From assembly GCA_002310415.1 (NCBI GenBank), contig DBYN01000006.1, positions 219,249 through 283,248 on the forward strand: a stretch of 64,000 nucleotides of DNA. Reading direction: 5' to 3'. The notes below the pieces were generated by a model, which searched no databases, was not told the DNA's origin, and saw only the letters and a list, made by a program, of their open reading frames with translations. The position numbers and the translations under genes were made by a program. This document shows positions 1-9,198 of this stretch, piece by piece. Source of the DNA: Alphaproteobacteria bacterium UBA1185 (GTDB lineage Bacteria; Pseudomonadota; Alphaproteobacteria; Rs-D84). Within the stretch, counting starts at the first letter, position 1, and every line of letters begins with the position of its first letter.

Positions 1-136
1 AGTAAAAACAAATGTTGAAAGTATATCGGACGGAATTCCAGTAGAAATAAAATTGGTGTGGGAACCAATGTGGGATGTGTCCAGAATGTCTGATGTGGCG
101 CGTGCAGAATTAGATTTAACAGAACAGGGGTGGTAG
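1..136 (+). CDS. DUF59/SufT-like Fe-S assembly protein, C-terminal fragment (5' end outside window)
   Basis: Frame 2 reads ...VEIKLVWEPMWDVSRMSDVARAELDLTEQGW and stops at TAG 134-136. The LVWxPxW...MS pattern is typical of DUF59/MIP18 proteins. It lies directly upstream of a sufE-like gene. Confidence 0.55.
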   Translation, partial: VKTNVESISDGIPVEIKLVWEPMWDVSRMSDVARAELDLTEQGW

Positions 137-138
137 TT

Positions 139-501
139 ATGACTTATGATGAAATAAAAAAATCTTTGTCATTAATTTTAAATCCTGCGGATAAATTAGA
201 TATGGTTATGGAATTAGGTAAGAGTTTAACAAAAGCCCCTGATTCTGCTGTATGCACAGAAATTTATGGGTGTACATCGTTTGTGCAAATATGTCGAGAT
301 GGAAGTCGTTTTTATGGCATAGCCGATTCGTTTATGGTACGTGGAATTGTTGCAATTATTTTGGCGATGGTTGACGGTAAAACACCACAACAAATAAAAG
401 CCATGGATATAATGGCAGAGTTTCAAAGTCTGAATTTAAATTTTGGTGCAGCCAGATTAAATGGTATTCAATCTATGATTAGTTTTTTTCATAATTTGTG
501 A
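139..501 (+). CDS. sufE: SufE-like sulfur acceptor protein
   Basis: ATG at 139 is preceded by AGGGG 126-130; the track ORF starts at GTG 130. About 120 aa with a conserved-looking Cys in IYGCTSFVQI and a C-terminal RLNGIQSMI, as in SufE/CsdE. Confidence 0.75.
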   Translation: MTYDEIKKSLSLILNPADKLDMVMELGKSLTKAPDSAVCTEIYGCTSFVQICRDGSRFYGIADSFMVRGIVAIILAMVDGKTPQQIKAMDIMAEFQSLNLNFGAARLNGIQSMISFFHNL

Positions 502-530
502 TAAAATACATAACAAAGGAAGGGATTTCT

Positions 531-821
531 ATGCGAGACGATGAAAAAATGTTTAATCTGGGGTTGTGTATGTTTTTTTGTGTTGTGTGTTTGATTGTGT
601 TTTTGCAGGTGTGTTATCGTGTACAAAACAGTAATCTAGAATATGTTTTAAATGCGTTAGATAATACGAAATACGAAACCGCACTAACAGAGACTAAATA
701 TTCGCATTTATCGTCTGGCGATTCTTTGCGCAGTTCTGTGATTCTTATTTATCCAAATGCAAAGACTGTTTCATACAGCAGGATTGTTCATATAAACGAT
801 ATCCCGATGGTGTCAGAATGA
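531..821 (+). CDS. small bitopic membrane protein, possibly FtsL-like
   Basis: ATG 531 is preceded by AAGGAAGGG (516-524). One N-terminal TM segment (LGLCMFFCVVCLIVFLQV). Its stop overlaps the ftsI start (ATGA at 818-821), which is the usual FtsL position. Confidence 0.4.
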   Translation: MRDDEKMFNLGLCMFFCVVCLIVFLQVCYRVQNSNLEYVLNALDNTKYETALTETKYSHLSSGDSLRSSVILIYPNAKTVSYSRIVHINDIPMVSE

Positions 822-2482
822 AATTTAACATAGGACATGATGTTTTACCGCATGAATACAAAGGTACTGTATATAATCATGACAGTGTCGGGCGTTTGCG
901 TTTTTTGCGTGCGGCGTTTATGTTTGTTTTTGCTGTTTTTATTGTACGGACTTTGCAGTTGGGGTTGCAACATAGTTCTGGTCGATATGTTGGGGTAAAA
1001 AAACAAGAAATTGAACAACGTGCTGATATAGTGGATAGAAACGGTGTGGTGTTGGCAAAAAGTGTTAAATCTGGCAATATTAAATTGTATCCACAAAAAG
1101 TAAAAGAAACCCAAATAAATGATATTGCACGCTTGATTCACGAGATAGTTCCAATGGATTACAGTGTTACAGATGCTGTAAATTTGGTTAACTCTTGGAT
1201 TCGTTCTGGCAAAGAAGGTGTGTATGTAAAGAAAAGTGCCAATGAAGAGCAAATAAAACTTGTCAGAGAAGCAAGATATGACTGTTTAGATGTTGAAACG
1301 TTTACTGTGCGTCGATATCCGCAACGTAATGTATTCGCTCATGTTGTGGGCTTTGCTGGTAAAGACAAGGGACTGGAAGGTGCTGAATCTGTATATGATA
1401 AATATTTGCGTGAAAACAAAGACCCATTAAGGTTGTCCATAGATTCGCGTGTGCAAAATATATTTTATGAGCAATTAAGTATAGCGAAAAACAAATATAA
1501 TGCCAAATCTGCTTTGGGTATGTTGATGAATTCAACTACTGGTGAAATGATTGCTATGGTTCAATTACCAGATTTTGATCCGAATAACATAAAATTATCG
1601 CCACCCATAAATCGTCGATTTAAATTATTACGAGATAATTTTATAATGGGGTCTGTATTCAAAATATTTAATACTGTTTTGGCATATGAAAACGGTTTGC
1701 AGGATAAAGAATATAAAATTAATGAACCATTGATGATTCCGGACAAGTTTGGTCGTCCGGCTATGAAAAAGCCAATTGATGATGTTTCGTCTTTTAAACG
1801 TGATGTGATAAAGAAGAAGGGCATTACTAAATTAACTGCCCCAGATATAATGTTGTATTCTTGTAATGTAGGCAGTGCGAAAATTGCTTTGGAATTACCA
1901 GATAATGCACAACAAGAGTTTTTTCAAAGATTGCATTTTGATAAACCGTTAGAATTGGAATTTGGAAAAACAGAAGGTACGTTAATGCATAAAATTTGGG
2001 GACCTGTGGAGCGTGCAACCGCTGGCTTTGGACATGGAATTGCTGTTACACCAATGCATTTACTGTTGGCGGTTAATGCTGTTACAAATGGTGGTTTTTA
2101 TGTGTATCCGACTTTGTTAAAACGTGGAGTTGGTGCGATACGTGGCGAAAGAGTTGTTGATTCTGATATTTCTGCAAATATTCGTCAAATAATGTTTCAA
2201 ATAGCAGAACAAACAACTGCCAAAAGTGCGCGAGTCAAAGGAATAGAAATCGGTGGTAAAACAGGGACTGCTGAAAAACACATAAATGGGCAAATTGATA
2301 AAAGTAAAAATGTGGCGACTTTTGTGGGAATTTTTCCTGTATCTGCGCCACAATATGTTATCGTTGTTATGTTGGATGAACCTCAGGCAACAAAAGAAAC
2401 TGGTGGGTGGCATTCTTCGGCTTTGAATGCAGTACCAACGGCGGGTGCAATACTTGATGGAATCATGCCATTGCTATTTTAA
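818..2482 (+). CDS. ftsI: peptidoglycan D,D-transpeptidase FtsI (PBP3-type class B PBP)
   Basis: 554 aa with an N-terminal TM anchor. Transpeptidase motifs are SxxK (GSVFKI), SxN (YSCNVG) and KTG (GGKTGTAE). Confidence 0.9.
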   Translation: MKFNIGHDVLPHEYKGTVYNHDSVGRLRFLRAAFMFVFAVFIVRTLQLGLQHSSGRYVGVKKQEIEQRADIVDRNGVVLAKSVKSGNIKLYPQKVKETQINDIARLIHEIVPMDYSVTDAVNLVNSWIRSGKEGVYVKKSANEEQIKLVREARYDCLDVETFTVRRYPQRNVFAHVVGFAGKDKGLEGAESVYDKYLRENKDPLRLSIDSRVQNIFYEQLSIAKNKYNAKSALGMLMNSTTGEMIAMVQLPDFDPNNIKLSPPINRRFKLLRDNFIMGSVFKIFNTVLAYENGLQDKEYKINEPLMIPDKFGRPAMKKPIDDVSSFKRDVIKKKGITKLTAPDIMLYSCNVGSAKIALELPDNAQQEFFQRLHFDKPLELEFGKTEGTLMHKIWGPVERATAGFGHGIAVTPMHLLLAVNAVTNGGFYVYPTLLKRGVGAIRGERVVDSDISANIRQIMFQIAEQTTAKSARVKGIEIGGKTGTAEKHINGQIDKSKNVATFVGIFPVSAPQYVIVVMLDEPQATKETGGWHSSALNAVPTAGAILDGIMPLLF

Positions 2483-2532
2483 TATTTTTAGATTATAATA
2501 GTCCTGATAATAATAAAAAAAGAGAGTTAGGT

Positions 2533-4287
2533 GTGCGAAAGATAGTAGAAAAATCCATGCTTGGTAAGGTGTGGGTTGTGTCAGATGATTATTATAGAAA
2601 TAGTGATTCGGATGATGCCGAAAGTTTGGTCAAAGGCATTTTGAATTCACGTGGTATTATTGGTGATGACAATATAACCAGATTTCTTAACCCGTCTATC
2701 AGGGAATATATGCCAGATCCATTCGTGTTGAAAAATATGGATGTCGCGGTTGCTGTTATTGCTGATGCTGTTTGTGCGCATGACAAGATCGCTATATACG
2801 GTGATTACGATGTTGATGGAATAACGTCTACGGCGGTCTTTGTAAAATATTTGCGGGCATTGGGGTGCGATGTGTCGTGGCATTTGCCAACTCGCGAAGG
2901 TGAAGGATATGGGTTAAATGTTGATGCTGTAACTAAAATTGCAAATGATGGTGTTAAATTATTGATTACTGTGGATTGTGGTATCAGTGGTATAGAAGAG
3001 GTGGCGTGCGCAAAAAATTTAGGCATGAAAGTTGTTGTTACAGACCACCATTCGCCTGATATTGTTTTACCAGATGCAGATGCAATTGTGAATCCAAAAC
3101 AGGCGGATGATACGTCTGGATTGTGTTTTTTGGCGGGGGTCGGTGTTGCGTTTCTGACTTTGGTTGCATTAAATCGTGAATTGAAAAACAGAAATTTTTT
3201 TAATGATGAAAAAAATCAAATAAATTTATTGAATTATATGGATTTGGTTGCGCTGGGTACAATTTGTGATACGATGCCATTGATTGAATTAAATCGTGCT
3301 TTTGTTGCAACTGGATTAAAAGTAATGGGGTTGCAACAAAATCTTGGGTTAAAGACTTTAATGAATTTGGCTGGGATAAAACATCCATCTGTGTATGCAG
3401 CGGGGTTTGCTTTGGGACCACGTTTAAATGCAGCGGGACGGTTGGATTCTGCGGCACCTGCGTTGGAATTATTGTTAACAGATAATCCTTTGATTGCGAA
3501 TGATTTGGCTAATAAATTGCATAAAATGAATCAAGAAAGAATTGATATTCAAAATGCCATTATGATAGATGCAACAGAAAAAGCGGATTGTTATTGCAAA
3601 GATGGTAAATGCAGTTTATTTGTCTGTGGTGATAATTGGCATGGTGGTGTTATGGGGATTATTGCAGGCCGATTAAAAGATAAATATAATTTACCAACAT
3701 GTGTCGCGACACGTTGTGATGGTATGATAAATGGGTCGGGGCGGTCTATACCCGAAATTGATTTAGGTAAGATAATACATGATGGATTGGCTGCTGGAAT
3801 ATTGTCAGAAGGTGGTGGACATGCAGCAGCAGCAGGTTTTACGTTAAGTGCTGATAAAGAGGTTGAGTTTTGTGCTTTTTTGGAACAGGCTGTTAAAGAG
3901 CAATTAAATGGGGCTTGTCCAGTGCCGGAAATATTTGTGGATGCAGAAATGGATGCATCTGGTGCAAATATGCGGTTGGTTGAAAAATTGGCTGATTTGG
4001 CACCTTTTGGTCAATGTAATCCAGAACCTACATTGGTTTTGTATGGGGCAGTGTTAAAATTTGCAACTGTTATGGGTAATGGTATGCATTTGCGGGGGAT
4101 GGTAAAAACCGGTAATGGTACACAATTGTCTTTTGTTGGATTTAATTTGGTTGGAACACCTGTGGGTGATTTTTTACTGGACGAAGCGCATACAAACACT
4201 AAAATAACAATGTTGGGTAAATTAAAGGAAAACGAATATAATGGTCGCGTTAGTGCGCAATTTGTATTAGAAGACATGGTGATATGA
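2533..4287 (+). CDS. recJ: single-stranded-DNA-specific exonuclease RecJ
   Basis: 584 aa. DHH-family motifs are YGDYDVDG, ITVDCG, VVVTDHH and DHHA1 GGGHAAAAGF. GTG start at 2533; an alternative ATG lies at 2557. Confidence 0.9.
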   Translation: MRKIVEKSMLGKVWVVSDDYYRNSDSDDAESLVKGILNSRGIIGDDNITRFLNPSIREYMPDPFVLKNMDVAVAVIADAVCAHDKIAIYGDYDVDGITSTAVFVKYLRALGCDVSWHLPTREGEGYGLNVDAVTKIANDGVKLLITVDCGISGIEEVACAKNLGMKVVVTDHHSPDIVLPDADAIVNPKQADDTSGLCFLAGVGVAFLTLVALNRELKNRNFFNDEKNQINLLNYMDLVALGTICDTMPLIELNRAFVATGLKVMGLQQNLGLKTLMNLAGIKHPSVYAAGFALGPRLNAAGRLDSAAPALELLLTDNPLIANDLANKLHKMNQERIDIQNAIMIDATEKADCYCKDGKCSLFVCGDNWHGGVMGIIAGRLKDKYNLPTCVATRCDGMINGSGRSIPEIDLGKIIHDGLAAGILSEGGGHAAAAGFTLSADKEVEFCAFLEQAVKEQLNGACPVPEIFVDAEMDASGANMRLVEKLADLAPFGQCNPEPTLVLYGAVLKFATVMGNGMHLRGMVKTGNGTQLSFVGFNLVGTPVGDFLLDEAHTNTKITMLGKLKENEYNGRVSAQFVLEDMVI

Positions 4288-5234
4288 ACGAGAAAATAAA
4301 ACTTTTAATAGAAAAAATTACAAACGCTAAATCAATTGCTATATCGGGACATAAAAATCCAGATGGTGATTCTATTTGTTCTGCGTTGGCTTTGATGCGA
4401 TTGATAGAATTGAATTTTGATAAAACCGCAACGGTTATTTATGATGGAAATATTCCACGCGAATTGGATAATATTCCTTTGCGAAAACAGGCTGTGTTTC
4501 ATGGGCATATTCCAGAAGATTCAAAATATGATTTATATATATTGGTTGATTATGGAACTCGTATTCATTTGGGTGGGGTCGAACGTTTTGTAAATGAGGC
4601 TGAATTCGTTATTGAATTTGACCATCATTTTAATGATGATGTTGTTGGGCAATTATGTTTTGATGATCCAGACAAAGCTGCTGCATCCCAAATAATTTAT
4701 GATGTTGCGAAATCTGCGAATTTAACAATAGATGAAGATGTTAGAAATCTTGTTACATTGGCAATTATTACAGATACTGGTAATTTTAAATTTGTTCGTA
4801 ATGGTGATGTGTTGCGTGATGTTGCTGAATTGGTTGATAATGGTGTAAATATGCCGTATTTGGTAAATCTGTTGCGTAATAAAAGTAAAAAAACTGTATT
4901 AGTGGAATCTGAAACTGTCGCAGGTGCTGAATTTTTTATGCGTGGTCGTTTGGCAATTGCGACAATAAAACAGCCTGATTATAAACGATTGGACGGTCGT
5001 GGTGAATTGGTTTTGAGTTTGTTAGGACAGATTCATGGGGTTGAATATGTTGTGTTATTAAAAGAACAAAAAGAAAATCAAATTGGTGTTTCTATTCGCA
5101 GCAGAAACACCCCGATAAATCATATTGCTGAATCATTGGGTGGTGGTGGGCATTTATGTGCCGCTGGTGCTGTCGTTGCAGATAATATTGAATCTGTACA
5201 TGAAAAAATATTGAACGCGTTCAAGGGGATGTAG
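4284..5234 (+). CDS. DHH/DHHA1 phosphoesterase (NrnA-like oligoribonuclease/pAp phosphatase)
   Basis: 316 aa with motifs GHKNPDGDSICSALAL, EFDHHFND and GGGGHLCAAGA. Overlaps the recJ stop by 4 nt. Confidence 0.8.
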   Translation: MNEKIKLLIEKITNAKSIAISGHKNPDGDSICSALALMRLIELNFDKTATVIYDGNIPRELDNIPLRKQAVFHGHIPEDSKYDLYILVDYGTRIHLGGVERFVNEAEFVIEFDHHFNDDVVGQLCFDDPDKAAASQIIYDVAKSANLTIDEDVRNLVTLAIITDTGNFKFVRNGDVLRDVAELVDNGVNMPYLVNLLRNKSKKTVLVESETVAGAEFFMRGRLAIATIKQPDYKRLDGRGELVLSLLGQIHGVEYVVLLKEQKENQIGVSIRSRNTPINHIAESLGGGGHLCAAGAVVADNIESVHEKILNAFKGM

Positions 5235-5235
5235 A

Positions 5236-5850
5236 ATGAAAAAAATATTTATGATTATTTGTGGAATGTTTATATCTTTGACTGCTGATGCCGCTGTGGA
5301 CAAGACTTTGGTGCAGAACGCAGAAAAATATTTGAATTCAATTGGCGGCTTAAAGGGCTCTTTTGTTCAAATGGCAAATGGAAAAACAGAAAGCGGATTG
5401 TTTTCTATGTTGCGCCCGGGTCGTGTTCGTTTAGATTATAAAAATGCACCAATTCAATTAATTTCAGATGGCAAGGATTTGTATTTTTATGATAAATCTT
5501 TGGATCAAATTACAACTGTTCCTTTGACCAGTACGCCTGCGGGAATTTTGGTTCGTAAAAGAATAGATTTACAAAATTCAGATATTAACGTTTCTGAAAC
5601 TTCAAACGATAAAAAAACGTTTACATTAAAAATGAATTTGCGTAATCAGGAAGGTTTGGGATATATGTCTGTGGTATTTAATAAATCGCCGGTGAAATTA
5701 AATTCTTGGTCTGTGGTTGATGCAACTGGAAATCAAACGGATGTGGTATTTAGTAATTTGAAATCTAAAACAGATTTTGGTAAAAATTATTTTCAATTAT
5801 CTCGTCATAAAACTGTTAGCACAAATGGTGGCGATGATTTTTATGATTAA
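5236..5850 (+). CDS. lolA: outer-membrane lipoprotein carrier protein LolA
   Basis: 204 aa with a signal peptide. LKGSFVQ and RPGRVRLDY motifs and length are typical of LolA. Confidence 0.8.
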   Translation: MKKIFMIICGMFISLTADAAVDKTLVQNAEKYLNSIGGLKGSFVQMANGKTESGLFSMLRPGRVRLDYKNAPIQLISDGKDLYFYDKSLDQITTVPLTSTPAGILVRKRIDLQNSDINVSETSNDKKTFTLKMNLRNQEGLGYMSVVFNKSPVKLNSWSVVDATGNQTDVVFSNLKSKTDFGKNYFQLSRHKTVSTNGGDDFYD

Positions 5851-5861
5851 ATTGTAAAGTT

Positions 5862-6149
5862 ATGTTAGGAATCAGTTGGACTGAATTTTTAGTAATAGTG
5901 TTGGTTGCAATTTGTGTTGTGCCTGTTAAAAATTGGCCCGATGTTGCACGTTTTTTTGGGCGTGTGTTTAAATGGGTTCGGAATTTAGTGTGGAAAATCA
6001 CTGATGTTTCAGAACAAATTCAACAACGTATAGATTTAGAAAAGCCCATAGATGATTTAATTGAAAATGCGACAAACGATATGTTTTCTGCTGTAAAGCC
6101 GATAAACAAGAAAAAAACTTTTAAAACAAAAAAGATGCAGAAAAAATGA
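5862..6149 (+). CDS. Sec-independent translocase component, TatA/TatB family (TatB-like)
   Basis: 95 aa. N-terminal TM with a conserved early Glu (GISWTEFLVIVLV) followed by an amphipathic helix. Overlaps the tatC start. Confidence 0.7.
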   Translation: MLGISWTEFLVIVLVAICVVPVKNWPDVARFFGRVFKWVRNLVWKITDVSEQIQQRIDLEKPIDDLIENATNDMFSAVKPINKKKTFKTKKMQKK

Positions 6150-6853
6150 AAATGACGTTAATGCAACATTTGGCGGAATTGCGGCGCAGAATATTGTGGT
6201 GTGTATTGGTGTTTTTATTTGCTTTTGCGTTTGGTTGGATTATTTCGCCATTTGTTGAATCTTTTTTGGTGAATCCGTTGATAAATATATGGCAAGATGC
6301 AACTTTGATTTATACTAAATTGACAGATGGTTTAATGATAAAATTCTCGTTGGCGACATTGGTTGCGTTGATTATCACAATTCCTGTTGTGTTGTGGCAT
6401 ATATGGGCGTATGTTGCGCCGGGTTTGCATAAAAATGAAAAGCAATTATTATTACCAATATTTATACTATCGCCTTTGTTGTTTGTTGTTGGTGCAGCGT
6501 TCGCATTTTATTTTTTGTTTCCTTTTGTGTTCAAATTTTTTTTGGATATCAGTAAAACAAATAATGTTCCTGCGGTTTTGTTGCCCGCAGTAAAGGGATA
6601 CTTGGTTTTTTCTATTGATTTGTTGAAGGTGTTCGGGCTGGCGTTTCAATTACCGCTGATTTTAATAGCGATGAACAAAATAGGGATTTTATCAAAACAG
6701 ACTGCGATTAAGTGTCGCAAATATGTTATAATGTGTATTTTTGTTGCAGCCGCTGTATTGACCCCACCAGATATAGTATCTCAAATTTTATTGGCTATTC
6801 CTATGTTGTTGTTATTTGAAATAAGTTTATTATTTATGCATGATGATGCTTAA
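6146..6853 (+). CDS. tatC: Sec-independent protein translocase TatC
   Basis: 235 aa polytopic membrane protein with N-terminal HLAELRRRIL, typical of TatC. Confidence 0.9.
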   Translation: MKMTLMQHLAELRRRILWCVLVFLFAFAFGWIISPFVESFLVNPLINIWQDATLIYTKLTDGLMIKFSLATLVALIITIPVVLWHIWAYVAPGLHKNEKQLLLPIFILSPLLFVVGAAFAFYFLFPFVFKFFLDISKTNNVPAVLLPAVKGYLVFSIDLLKVFGLAFQLPLILIAMNKIGILSKQTAIKCRKYVIMCIFVAAAVLTPPDIVSQILLAIPMLLLFEISLLFMHDDA

Positions 6854-6892
6854 CATTTTTATTTATATCAATTTTATGATATAATTCTTTGT

Positions 6893-8272
6893 ATGAATAA
6901 AATAAAAAATAGTTTTTTGTTATTGTTGGGTTGTATTGGATTGTTGATTGGTTGTGATTTGCAACCAAAAATTTCATCAATTCCAGATAGTATTGGTGTA
7001 TTTATAGAAAATCGATTTCCTGCATTATTGGCTGACCCAGAAACTCAACCAGAGATATATAATTCTGCGGTGACTGATTATGGTGTATATTCTTCGCCAG
7101 AGTTATATGGTTCATCAAATGTTGATGATTATGTAATGTATTCTAATGTTGATGATTATGTGTTAAAACCTGAACAAAATATGACACCTGTACCAGTTGT
7201 AGACAATAAACAGATTGATGACCAAAAACATGTGGACGATTATATTGTTGTTCCTGTATACAGCAGATTTTCTGAATCAGAAGCAAAATCAGAATTAAAA
7301 AAAGAAAATGTGTCGAATGAAGTTATTGTTGTTGCCAAAGGTGATACATTATATTCTTTGTCTAAAAAATATAATTTGACCGTTGAAGAATTGGCAAAAA
7401 TAAATGATTTAAAATCGCCGTATACATTGTATGTAGGACAAAAATTACAGACAAAAAGTGTCAAAGTAAAACAAGATACGACGATAGACAAAGTTGAAAC
7501 AAAAGAAGTTTCAGAAATTAAAACAGTATCGGATAAAGAGATACGTGTTGTGTTAACAGAAATCGGGGTTGAAAAGGGCGATACATTGTATTCTATATCG
7601 CGGAAATATGAAGTACCTGTTAATGATTTAGCGGTTATTAATAAATTGTCCGCGCCATTTACATTATCTGTTGGACAGAAAATCAGAGTGCCTAAATTAA
7701 ATAAACATTCTGAAACCAGTATTAAACAAACGTCAACAAAACAGCTGGATATAAAGCAAACAAAGGTTGACGATAAATCGACGGTTAAAACAGTAAAACA
7801 ACAAAACCATGTTGCAGAAAAACAAAATGGTACAACAAAGACTAAAATATCATCTGACCCATCAAAACAGTTGCCAAAGATATCTGCGCGTTCCGGAACA
7901 AAATTTTCATGGCCTGTATATGGTAAGATTTTGTCTGCTTATGGGGCTAAAAATAATGGTCTTTTCAATGATGGTATAAATATATCTGCCAAACAAGGAA
8001 CAAATGTCAAAGCAGCGGAAAATGGCGTTGTTGCGTATGCTGGTAATGAAGTCAAAGGAATGGGGAATTTAGTTATAATGCAACACAGTGATGGATGGAT
8101 GACGGTGTATGCGCATTTGGATTCTATGTCTGTTAGACGCGGAAATGCTGTTGGCGTTGGGCAGTCTATTGGTAAAATTGGTATGACTGGCAAAGTTGAT
8201 GAACCACAATTACATTTCGAAATACGCAAAGGAACTAAAGCATATGACCCAGTTGCATATATGAAAAAATAG
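6893..8272 (+). CDS. LysM-domain M23 peptidase lipoprotein (NlpD-like)
   Basis: Lipobox LLIGC. Two LysM repeats (GDTLYSLSKKYNLTVEELAKIN and GDTLYSISRKYEVPVNDLAVIN). The C-terminal M23 motif is GMTGKVDEPQLHFEIRKG. Confidence 0.85.
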   Translation: MNKIKNSFLLLLGCIGLLIGCDLQPKISSIPDSIGVFIENRFPALLADPETQPEIYNSAVTDYGVYSSPELYGSSNVDDYVMYSNVDDYVLKPEQNMTPVPVVDNKQIDDQKHVDDYIVVPVYSRFSESEAKSELKKENVSNEVIVVAKGDTLYSLSKKYNLTVEELAKINDLKSPYTLYVGQKLQTKSVKVKQDTTIDKVETKEVSEIKTVSDKEIRVVLTEIGVEKGDTLYSISRKYEVPVNDLAVINKLSAPFTLSVGQKIRVPKLNKHSETSIKQTSTKQLDIKQTKVDDKSTVKTVKQQNHVAEKQNGTTKTKISSDPSKQLPKISARSGTKFSWPVYGKILSAYGAKNNGLFNDGINISAKQGTNVKAAENGVVAYAGNEVKGMGNLVIMQHSDGWMTVYAHLDSMSVRRGNAVGVGQSIGKIGMTGKVDEPQLHFEIRKGTKAYDPVAYMKK

Positions 8273-8274
8273 GG

Positions 8275-8892
8275 ATGTTTTATATGGTTATGTCAGGTAT
8301 TATTTGTCGTAAATTAAATCCAAAAGATGATTTAAATATTCTGGCTAAAATTGATTTAGAATGCGTTTTGCATAACGATGTCGACTATATGTGTCCAGAG
8401 GTAATATCAGAAAACAATGCCAAGCTTACTAATAAAATTAAAAACAATACAGTAAATATCAAGCAAACCAATATTAAAAAAATGCTGGACTCAATTATAG
8501 TAGCAGAGATAAATGATAAAATAATTGGCTATTCAATTACGCAGACCCCAGATTTATCAGAAAGACAGGTTCCAAACGCTGATTATGAATTGGTCAGAAT
8601 TGCTGTTTTACCAGAATATCAGTCGAAAGGTGTTGCAACCGCTCTGTGGAATGCTGTTATTGCTGAAATGAAACAACAGAACAAATCTGTATTACAATTA
8701 GCTGTTGATATTGCAGGTCCAGAGGACAACAATGGAGTGCGTGGTAAAGGTAATGAAAAAGCCATCAAATTTTATAAGGGCAAAGGTTGTACTTTCTTGA
8801 ACAATACAAGCCAATACAAGTCAAAAACAGGTATTCCACAATCAAAGATATGTGTTCAAGGTTGGATGATTAAAGATATAAACGAAAAATAA
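8275..8892 (+). CDS. GNAT-family N-acetyltransferase
   Basis: 205 aa. Acetyl-CoA motif A-like VRIAVLPEYQSKGVATALWNAV. Confidence 0.65.
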   Translation: MFYMVMSGIICRKLNPKDDLNILAKIDLECVLHNDVDYMCPEVISENNAKLTNKIKNNTVNIKQTNIKKMLDSIIVAEINDKIIGYSITQTPDLSERQVPNADYELVRIAVLPEYQSKGVATALWNAVIAEMKQQNKSVLQLAVDIAGPEDNNGVRGKGNEKAIKFYKGKGCTFLNNTSQYKSKTGIPQSKICVQGWMIKDINEK

Positions 8893-9023
8893 TCGTTAAT
8901 CTTTTGTTTTTCTGCAATGTGTGGTCGCTTATTTTGTTTGTGTAGTTTAAAAAACAAAAAACAGTATAAATGCTTGCTTTTTATGTAAAATAATTTATAA
9001 TCAGCCAAGACTTGTTCAGTTTT

Positions 9024-9099
9024 GGATGCGTAGCTCAGTTGGTAGAGCAACTGACTCTTAATCAGTGGGTCCAGGGTTCGAATCCCTGCGCGTCCACCA
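9024..9099 (+). tRNA. tRNA-Lys (anticodon CTT)
   Basis: 76-nt cloverleaf folded by hand. Acceptor GGATGCG/CGCGTCC, D arm GCTC-AGTTGGTA-GAGC, anticodon arm ACTGA-CTCTTAA-TCAGT, T arm CAGGG-TTCGAAT-CCCTG, encoded CCA. Confidence 0.9.
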
Positions 9100-9105
9100 A
9101 AAATT

Positions 9106-9131
9106 AAAACCACCGTTTTGGTGGTTTTTTT
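9106..9131 (+). terminator. rho-independent terminator after tRNA-Lys
   Basis: Hairpin CCACC-GTTTT-GGTGG (9110-9124) followed by T7. Confidence 0.7.
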
Positions 9132-9135
9132 GCTC

Positions 9136-9164
9136 TTGATGCCACAGATGCTCTATGATACAAT
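9136..9164 (+). promoter_or_regulatory. sigma70-like promoter with extended -10 upstream of the lipoprotein gene
   Basis: TTGATG (9136-9141), 17-nt spacer, TGaTACAAT (9156-9164). A strong RBS AGGAGG lies about 10 nt before ATG 9199. Confidence 0.5.
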
Positions 9165-9198
9165 ATCATTGTGAAAAGAATCAGAAGGAGGAAATATC

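Noticed and set aside
7117-7170. Short direct repeat AATGTTGATGATTATGT (x2, encoding NVDDYV) in the linker of the LysM/M23 lipoprotein, with a third degenerate copy (HVDDYI) about 70 nt downstream.
   Set aside because: It is a real but tiny in-frame duplication in a disordered linker. There is no evidence of function or instability beyond ordinary linker evolution.
8856-9113. 85-aa minus-strand ORF containing GIRTLDPLIKSQLLYQLSY, and the N-terminal extension MLYQLSYLA of the gatB track ORF (18719-18796).
   Set aside because: Both are translations of the reverse complement of tRNA genes. The LYQLSY signature comes from the D-arm GCTCAGTTGGTAGAGC. They are not coding.
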